64,000 nucleotides of DNA, from NCBI RefSeq assembly GCF_009914755.1, contig NC_060929.1, one strand, 5' to 3'. The translations under genes and the position numbers were made by a program. Below, in pieces: positions 55,075 to 64,000 of this stretch. Under the pieces are notes generated by a model, which searched no databases, was not told where the DNA came from, and saw only the letters and a program-made list of their open reading frames with translations. The stretch's first letter is position 1. Each line of letters starts with the position of its first letter. The stretch comes from the human T2T-CHM13v2.0 reference genome, Homo sapiens.

Positions 55075-55790
55075 TTAAAAAACTGAACATACATTTACCA
55101 TATAAGCAGACATTTATTCCCTTGCTCATTTGACCCAAAAGAATGAAAACTTATCTTCATAAAAACCTGTACAGGCTTGTTCTAAAAAGTGTTATTTATT
55201 GTAGCTAAAAACTAGAAACAAAACAGATTTCCCTTAATAGGTGAATGGCTAAATAAACTGTGGCACATCCATATCATGGGTTACTACTTAGCAATAAGAA
55301 ATAATGGACCATTGTTACATGCAACAATGCGTGTGTAGGGATCTCAACGATATGCTGAATGAAAAATCCAGTCTCAAGGGGACACATACTATATGATTCC
55401 ATTTGAATAACGTTCTCAAAATGACAAAATTCTAAAACAGATTAGCAGTTGTTAGGGGGTAGAGATGGTTGAGGCAGAGTTTGGTGGGTGTGAATGTAAA
55501 GGGTTAGCAAGAGAGAGAGAGAGATCTTTGTGTTTATGGAATAATCCCGTTCCTTGATTGCAATGGTGGTTACAAAAGCCTAAACATATGATAAAACAAC
55601 ATAGAACTATATGCACACATTGTATTAACATCAAATTCCTGGTTTGGATATTGCCCTATAATTATGTAAAGTGTATCCACTGGAGGAAATTAGGTGATGG
55701 GTACGCAGAGCCTCTTTGTACTATCTGCAACTTCCAGTAAAACTAGAATTATTTCAAAATAAATTAAATGTTTTATAAAATAAAAGAGAA
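55075..55790 (+). mobile_element. Old L1M (L1MC/MD-like) 3' end
   Basis: 'aggtgaatggctaaataaactgtggcacatccat', 'tactatatgattccatt', 'aattatttcaaaataaa'. Confidence 0.75.
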
Positions 55791-58700
55791 AACTGATAAC
55801 TTGGTAAGATTGTTTGTAGTTGAAGGTATAATAGCTGATGGGCAGGGAAAAAACATACATTAAAAATATATAATTACTTTCATTTTTGATTTCCTCAGTC
55901 TAGAAAAACAACCAATCATCTTAACTATTGGTGTTATTATTATGATTGTTAGTTTAGCTATATACTTCTTTAAAAAGTTAAATTTGAAAGGGAGAGGTGA
56001 TGCTACCTCAAACTCTCTCAATGCATTCTGCTAATTTGGACTGAGAACTTTTTCAAATTACAATTTAACATGGCTGATATTTATGCTCCTTGTTTCCTGA
56101 CCAATGAAGTGTCCTGATGTCGGTCACTAAATAATTGCTTCATTTAGCCTTAGTTCAATATGTTATAATTTGTAATGTGTTTTGTGAATAAAATGCTATT
56201 TATTTATGTGCTTTGAAGAGTAAGAGAAAAAGAGGATTAAATTATTTTACCATATGATTAGCAAATTTTAAAGTCAGGATTCATAGGCTGTTGGAAAAGT
56301 ACAATATGCTAACTCTATTTTGGGAAATCCTAAGAATATTTTAAATTTATTAATATACACTTGTTTACAATTATCAATATTTTTATCATCTAAACATGGC
56401 TTATATGTAGAATCTCCCGCAAATGAGTAATCTTATTAAACTGGTCCCTGCTCAGTTTATGATATTTTTAATGTTAATGTATATGGATTTCTGACAACCT
56501 AACTAACTAAATAATAAAAAGGCAGACTAAGGAACTTAGCCACAAGAATAATTCAAAAGAATTTGGTAAAATTTATCATATTTTCAGAAAAGATTTTACA
56601 CCAATATGTTCAATTATCACACTATTTAAGCTTATGCATTTCTTTTAACTGTTTTATCATTCACAGATATCACTGCTGAATATCAGTTCCTTATATTGTC
56701 AGGATTCATGACTAAATGATATTATGTTCTCTTCCAAGTGGGCTAATTTTCTACGATTGTGGCTCTGGAAGCAAAGTACTAGAAATTGGTATCTATTAAG
56801 TTTTATTGACTACTCACAAAAGCTTATAATAACCAGCTGGATCCTGTAAACTGCATGGTGGGTGTTCAACTATATTTACCAACAACTCTATAAACAATAT
56901 GTATACTTTCATTTTAGGTTAACTAGTAAAAATCATTGTCTAAAAACTACAATCTTATGCTCTGTGCCAAAGTTAAAAGAGGCACGGGAAACCCAGGAAA
57001 CCGTCTACCCTTACTTTTGGATCTTTCAAAAAATACATATTTGTTTGGAAGCCCAGATCCTTGAAATGTATTTATATTTTTATAAATTTTCAGATATATA
57101 TAATAAATATTTTTATGCTTATATTTTTCTGCCAATATAAATGAAGACTTTCTACCTTCCTAGAGAGGCTATGTTATTATAATGACAATGGAAGAATTCT
57201 TCTTTTTTAAGTTGTGCAGGCATTTGCATAAGAATCAGTAGAAAATAAGTTCCAAAAAGACAAACGCTTTGTTAAAATAAAATTTTCAAAATGATAAAAT
57301 CATGACTGTCATCAAATATTAAATGCATATGTTTTAAATATTTTATTTAACTCATTAATTAATGAAGGAACAAGTAAGCTACAATCTGTTGGATTAAGAA
57401 TTTGACTTAGATTTATATTCTCTATTGGACAATGTTCATTTGCATTGTCATAAACAGAAATCATTTGCATTATCAGTTTTGTAGACTTTAATTTTTATAC
57501 CATATGTCAAAGTCAATTAAAATACACACCTCTATAGAATCAGATAATTTTCAGGGATACCAGTAGACAGTGTATTTCATTAAAAAGAAAACCAGTAATA
57601 TCTTCAGTTCTTCGACTGACAACCTTGTCTGGTTTTTTAACTGCTTATATTCCTAGGACAAGAAATTGTGCTTTGCTCTTCATGTGTGATTAATACATAT
57701 TAGTCAATGAATAAATGAAATAATTTAAAGAATCTGGATAACATCATTTCAAAATAAGCTAAAAATAAACCCAAATAAGCAAAAAAAAAAGATTTCTACT
57801 TTTAGAATTATAATGTAAGAATCATTTTAACCAATCAAATATAACTTCTTTCATATCAGATATTGTAAAGACATAATTATAAATATGTTAGAACAAGGAA
57901 GGCAAAAGTTTGACTCATTTAAAAATTGTTTTATTATCTAAACACTTTACCTACAGAAATCCCTTCAAGCCCATGGTTTATATTATGCTATCAATGATCT
58001 TCCTGGTCAGAAATCATCCATCTTTGCCCATCTGCCACTTTTCTTTTTTTTGAGTTTCAGAACCATTGAATTCAAATGCAATCACAATCTTTCAACAGGT
58101 TTTTTTTTTTCCAGCAAATTCAAACAATTTTACATTGAACTTTCACTTCTTACATAGAGAAATCAAAATAACAAAGAGAGAAGAGCAAAGGGAAAAGAAG
58201 ACAAAGTATAGGGAAAGAGCAGTGGGAGAAATAAAGGCTTACTAATGAAGGCTTAATCAGAAAGGGTCTCTGTACTGCTCCCCCAGAATTCGCTTTTGAA
58301 GGTAACTAAATGTTTTGAAGGCTAAATAACCTTTTTTGTCATTATAGTTCAGTTGCAGTTCTTTCATTATGCATTTGAAAAAGCCAGTTTTATGTGGATT
58401 GTAGGAACTGCAAATTGGCCACATAAACGAATACCTACAAAACACACATTTAACTAAGAGAGTGTCCAAGGGTATGTGATTCCAGTGGAGACATGCAGAG
58501 AGGGTTTTGAACTTCAGTTTTAAAATTCATCTGTGCAGATAATTTTTTTTAAATAAGCAAAGAAAATGCTTTGTCATTGGCACGGGTATTTTAATTTTTA
58601 GGATATTTTCTGTTGTCTCAATCTATGTTTGGAAAAGTGTAGTATATTTTTAAAGGAAAAAATCTCCCTTTAAATTCCCCCAAATCTCATATGTTTGAAC

Positions 58701-59723
58701 AAAATTTTCTTAAAGAAATATAATATACTAACTTCTATAAAATGCTCAATCATAACTATTATTCAATGAGTGTCTTATATGGTACCTTGTGGAGAGGGGG
58801 ATTTAAATACTCCAATTAATTAATGCAAATTGATTAATAAGAGTTGCTGAGTAAAAATGGTAGATATAATTCGTGAAAAGTAAGTCTTTTCTTAATACAG
58901 ATAAATTCTTGAATATGGTATATTTACATGTGGGAGATGGAAGTAGTAACTTTTCTCATCAAGATTATGTCATTTCTTATTTGTAAAATTTTAGAAACAA
59001 TGTTTACATTTTGATCATCAGGAATGCTTAGACTTCCCAATGAAACATTAAACAACCTTGTGAGGAAATAAAAGAATAAAAAAGAAGTCTTTTACACACT
59101 GATTTTCGTAAGTGCATCTTTCTGTAGAATCGATAGATGCATAAAGAAATAGAAGACAACTGTATTCCATTACAGGAGTATAAAAAGATTGCCCTCTCCA
59201 ACTGCAATATAGCAATATTTATTTAGGCATTTTTGCAGGGGTTTAGGCATTAATAAAATTCTTTAGGAATTTTGACTTAATCAGTGTCTTGTGTGAATGA
59301 ATGTATTGCATTCTACTACTTTTTTGAATCATAATTACAATTTGAACTTTGAATTGCTAAATGTAGAAAACTAAATCTGGGAAAAAATAATAAATATTTT
59401 ATTCAAACTCTTCAGGACACTTGGAGTATTACCACATATTTTTAAAATTATTTTTCAAATACTCATATGGTTTAAGGAATATACTGAAATGACAGCATTG
59501 TATTCACATAATGTTTGTAATGAATTATTTGAACTCTATTAAACAAAATATTAACATGAATATCTACTACCCCATTTGCACATTTTTAATTACAAAACTA
59601 TGTTAATCTCCCATTAAAGAAAAAAAACATGTTATGTATTTTCTCTGGTGGATTTGTTGTGATTTGGAGACATTTTCCTGGACTCTTGACCATTTGGGTG
59701 TGGTATAGGTATATAGATGGATG

Positions 59724-59806
59724 GGAAGGAAGGAAGGAAGGAAGGAAGGAAGGAAGGAAGGAAGGAAGGAAGGAAGGAAGGAAGGGAGGGAGGGAGGGAT
59801 GGAGGG
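59724..59806. repeat. (GGAA)15 followed by (GGGA)n
   Basis: 15 consecutive GGAA units at 59724-59783. Confidence 0.97.
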
Positions 59807-60159
59807 TCTAAAAAAGAGAAGTACTAACTTTTAACTAAAGCGAAGGAGTAAATGTTTGTTATTTATACATTTGCCAGCAACAAAATGTTTTCAGGACAAA
59901 CTTATCTATAATCAGACTTTGTTCAACATGTGTGTTTTACAGTATATTAAAGTTGAGGCAAAGATTCTTAATCCTGAAATATAAAAATTGTAAGATGCAT
60001 TTATATAGATGCAAACTCCTTTGCCTATGTCTGACTTTATGGGGATGCTGCATACTTATCCACTGTATTAACCACTACATAAGCACTAGGCTCCAAATTA
60101 AAGAGGCAACAGATGACATAAATATTACCGTATATTTATATTGCTGAATGAACAAATTA

Positions 60160-60700
60160 GTCATCTCTCCACTAATACTTGTTCCTTCTGTAAAATTCCA
60201 CATCTTGGGTACTGCTTCCATGTCTTTTAGGCAAGACTACAGTAGTGTTTGGGGGTAATTTATTTTTTTAACATTCTGACTTTAACCTTATCCTGGCCAA
60301 GTCCTCTAGATTTTAATTCTTAACAGCCTCAGAGTTTCATCTGTTTCAACATCACATGCTTCTCCATAATTTAATCACCACTAACTTTAGTTCTGAATTT
60401 ATCATTTGTCGCTTGAACATTAGCAGTGATTTCATTAATCATCTCCCCATGTCCAATCTCAGCATATCCTTAAACCTGCTAACATATTTAGATCTGATCA
60501 TGTTACTCTTCTGTCCCCAAACTCAGAGGAGTCTATCGGTATCCCAAGAAAAAATCAGCTTGATACACTTTTAAAGCTGTTCTAAGAGCTGATACTTTTC
60601 CACCTTTCTAGGCTTTCTCTCACTACCCCCATTCACTGTATGTCATATTCTTGGAAAATCGGATGGTTCTAAAAATAAATTGGAAATTATTCCATGTACC
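60160..60700 (+). mobile_element. Diverged L2 fragment
   Basis: 'caagtcctctagatttta', 'atcatttgtcgcttgaac', 'atctgatcatgttactct'. Confidence 0.5.
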
Positions 60701-61514
60701 ACAGCTTCAAAAAAAGTACTATCTCTTTTATTTAATTTTGTAGGCCCAACATTAAGCAATCTAGTAATTGTAGAACCTAATTAATTAATAAATGGATAAA
60801 TATACTGTTTAAGGGAAGAAATCTTTCTCTAGGAACCAAACACCTATTCAAATAAACAATATATATTCAGATATGCTAGACAATGTTCTTAATAAAGTGA
60901 GTTCTGTTCTAAATATCATGAGTCTTGAGATGAGTAATAAAGCATAGATAACATTCACACTGGTTAAGGTAATGCATTTCATAACAGCTTTGGGTAATTC
61001 TTTCTTAATAAAAAATTAAAAACACAATAATGTTTATAATGTAATAATTTAACAGTCTGTGAAAATGCACAAACTTTAATGGAGTCTAATATACCAAAAA
61101 GTGAATTTTAAAATTTTTCTATTTTTGCTCTTTTGAGTAAAATTCAACTTCAAAAGTTATTAAAAATTAACAAATATTTTTTGTTAGACACCTAGAACCA
61201 GTGTCTAGGTTACTGAGAGTGTGTTCATGATGATTGATCATTTTGCTCCAAACAAGTGAAAAGGATGATCAACATAAATAGTCATAATGATTTTAGCATT
61301 ATTCAAGAAATAACAGGGGAAAATCAACAGTGTCAGAAAATAGGACTGAATAAGAAAGATATATTGGAGAGTGAAAATATTTTTAGTCTTCCCTAGGATA
61401 TTGCACAATGGAAAGTAAATGATAGTTTTGAAAAAAATGACAGCATTCTTTTTATAAAATGGTGGAAAGCTATAAAAGGAAAACAATGAATGTGAAAATA
61501 ACTGTTTTTTAAAA

Positions 61515-64000
61515 GTAGACTGAAGGCACTGAGTGGTTAGAGGAAAGACACCGAAGCTGGGCTGAAAAAGGAGGAAAAAGAAAATGTTTCAAGGGGCTGC
61601 CATGCACTGGGTCACATTCTTGGTCCCCAGTGACTCTGGGGGAATGAATGGGTGAGTTGAATTGGCAAAGAGCAACCCACTCCTGCCATGGGCCTCTGGA
61701 ATCTTGGAAGGAGACCCCTCAACCACCACAGACACTTAAGTTGTCAGGGAGAGCTGCTTAGAGAAGTTGTAGGGGCAGAACTCCAGGTGATGTGGAACCC
61801 AGAGGATTTGGTGCAGGAGCACCTATAGTGGAGCACAGCCGAAGACACCATTACCCTAGGTTTGACTTGCTGCCACAGGAGACCTTAGCTCTAGGGGAAC
61901 TGTCAGACCTCAATTCTGCAGGGTGGTCTTGCCCATCAGATGGGGCTGTTCCGACCTGAGCACCCTTGGTCTTCTGGCCTCTGCCAGGGCATCAGCCTCG
62001 CTGCCTCTGTTTGCAGTGCCACCCTGGGTGCCCTGGGGGCTGCATCATAGCTCCTGCACTGACAGACTGTGCCAGAGCAGTCCCATGGACATGCACCAGC
62101 CCATCCACTCTCTCCCAACACAGCTGCCTCCCTGCCTACGGCCACTTCCCGCATTACTTTACTTGTGCCTGTGGATCTTGCCTTCTCTGCCCCACCAGTG
62201 TGTATGTGCATGTGCACCCTGCCCTGCCACTGCTGCCAGCATGAGTGCACTCTGTGCCCCCTACCCCTGCCCTACCACCATTGCAGTCAGAATCTTGGCG
62301 GGCATAGAGGCAGTCAGACCTGCCACCACCAGTGCCCCACCCATTAGCTAAAACTGCCAATGGAGTGAAACTAGGCACAGAAGACAGCGGACCCTCCTTT
62401 GCCTGGAGCAGCCACCTCTGCCTGTATGAATGGGCACAGAGGGTACATACAGTCCTGTTCCTGCTGGCACTCTACCCCCCATGCTAACACCACTACCAGG
62501 GCAACCATGCACGCAATCGCCAGTGGGAGACCCTCCTGTCCCTGCAAGCTGTGCGGCCTCCATGGCTGCTGTGAACACGTGCACAGAGACTGGCACCTGC
62601 TAGCAGCCTGCTGCAGCCAACTAGCATGCACCCCACTGAACTGGCACTGCCACTGCTGCTGACACGTGTGAAAGAGGATGCATCCTGCTGTCACCACCCT
62701 GTGAAACTCTTTGAATGGCTGCACCCATTGGAATGCTGTAACTAATGGTCTGGGAGCACCTCAGCCCCCACTAGCACAGGGAGTTTCTAACCTGGAGGAG
62801 CCAGAGAACAAAGTTGGGACATAATAGCAGTGACCTAGAGTTAAAGTGTGCAGTTTAGGAGTTGTGAGCTGAGCCGTGGCTCCCTAAAATCTTCCAGAAA
62901 CCAAGCCAGTCAACTGAATCCATCTTATTCCACAATAAAACACTTGAGGTCATCAAATAAGATGAAAGAAAAAAAAACTACCATGAAAGGACAGGAGCTT
63001 CACAGATTAAAGAAACATGAGCCCACAATGATGCAAAAGAACCAGTGCAAGAACTCTGAGAACTCAAAAAGCCAGAGTGCCTTCTTTCCTCCAAAGGATC
63101 ACACTAGCTCTCCAGCAAGGGTTCTGAACTGGGCTGAGATGACTGAAATTACAGAAAAAAAAATATTCAGAATGTGAGTAGGAACAAAGGCTATAGAGAT
63201 GCAGGAGTACATTTAAACCTAATCCAAGGAAGCTAAGAATCACAATAGAATGATACAGGAGCTGACAAACAAAATAGCTAGTATAGAAAAGAATATAACC
63301 GACCTAATAGAGCTGAAAAAGGTACTGCAAGAATTTCATAATGCAATTGCAAGTATTATTAACAGAACAGACCAAGCTGAGAAAAGAATCTCAGAGTTTG
63401 AAGTCTGGCTTTCAAAAATAAGACAGTCAGACAAGAATAGAGAAAAAACAATAAAAAGGAATTGACAAAACCTCTGAGAAATAAGGGATTATGTAGAGAC
63501 AAAATCTATGATTCATTGGTGTCCCTGAAAAAGATGGGGAGAATGGAAGCAACTTGGAAAATATATTTCAGGATGTCATTTATGACAATTTCCCCAAACT
63601 AGCTAGAGAGGCCAACATTCACATTCAGAAAATGCAGTGAACCTCATTAAGATACTTCACAAAAAGATTATCCCCAAGACACATAATCATCAGATTTGCC
63701 AAGATTGAAATGAAAGAAAAAATGTTAAAGGCAGCTAGAGAGGAAAGGGCCAATCACCTACAAAGGCAAGCCCAACAGATTAACAGTTGACCTCTCAGTA
63801 GAAACCTTACAAGACAGAAGAGATTAGGGGTCAATATGCAACATTCTTAAAGTCAAGAAATTTCAACCAAAAATTTTATATGTAGCCAAACTGATCTTCA
63901 TAAGCAAAGGAGAAATGAGATTCTCTTTAGACAAGCAAACGCTAGGGGAATTTGTTATCAACATACCTGTTTTCCAAAAGCTCCTGAAGGAGGCACAAAA
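61515..64000 (+). mobile_element. L1PA16/L1PB-like 5' UTR and decayed ORF1, continuing beyond the window
   Basis: GC-rich 5' UTR; ORF1 peptides MQKNQCKNSENSKSQSAFFPP and IQELTNKIASIEKNITDLIELK; stops present. Confidence 0.88.

Noticed and set aside
56870-57450. Possible ERV1 internal fragment ('tttaactcattaattaatgaaggaac')
   Set aside because: Resemblance from memory only; too weak to set boundaries or a family.
61923-62724. Multiple 74-142 aa ORFs (similarly 42520-44419 and 31419-31969)
   Set aside because: GC-rich L1 5' UTR sequence with few stop codons; no recognisable domain.

Overview
AT-rich primate (human-like) genomic DNA, gene-desert or deep-intronic in character and dominated by interspersed repeats. 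I find no intact protein-coding gene, RNA gene or CRISPR array; the supplied ORFs are fragments of decayed retroelements, repeat artefacts or chance ORFs. The main content is: (1) an ancient minus-strand L1M stretched over ~2-23 kb by nested insertions, including an L1PA13-like element that carries a near-complete HERV-L provirus (MLT2A LTRs, tRNA-Leu PBS, gag-pro-pol-dUTPase, no env) and a two-LTR THE1 MaLR element; (2) two more near-full-length L1PA15/16-like elements and the 5' part of another at the right edge; (3) seven Alus, solo LTRs, DNA-transposon fossils and microsatellites. I see no support for a novel biological system. The notable signals are mutational-mechanism scars: a templated local duplication inserted at a palindrome, a twin-primed L1 with a possible 3' transduction, a deletion anchored in the TA tract of the HERV-L 3' LTR, and a probable endonuclease-independent L1 fragment. 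There are also a few candidate regulatory motifs (an intact DUX4 site in a THE1 LTR, (GGAA)15). Subfamily names come from recalled consensus sequences, boundaries of old elements are approximate, and all should be confirmed with RepeatMasker/Dfam.
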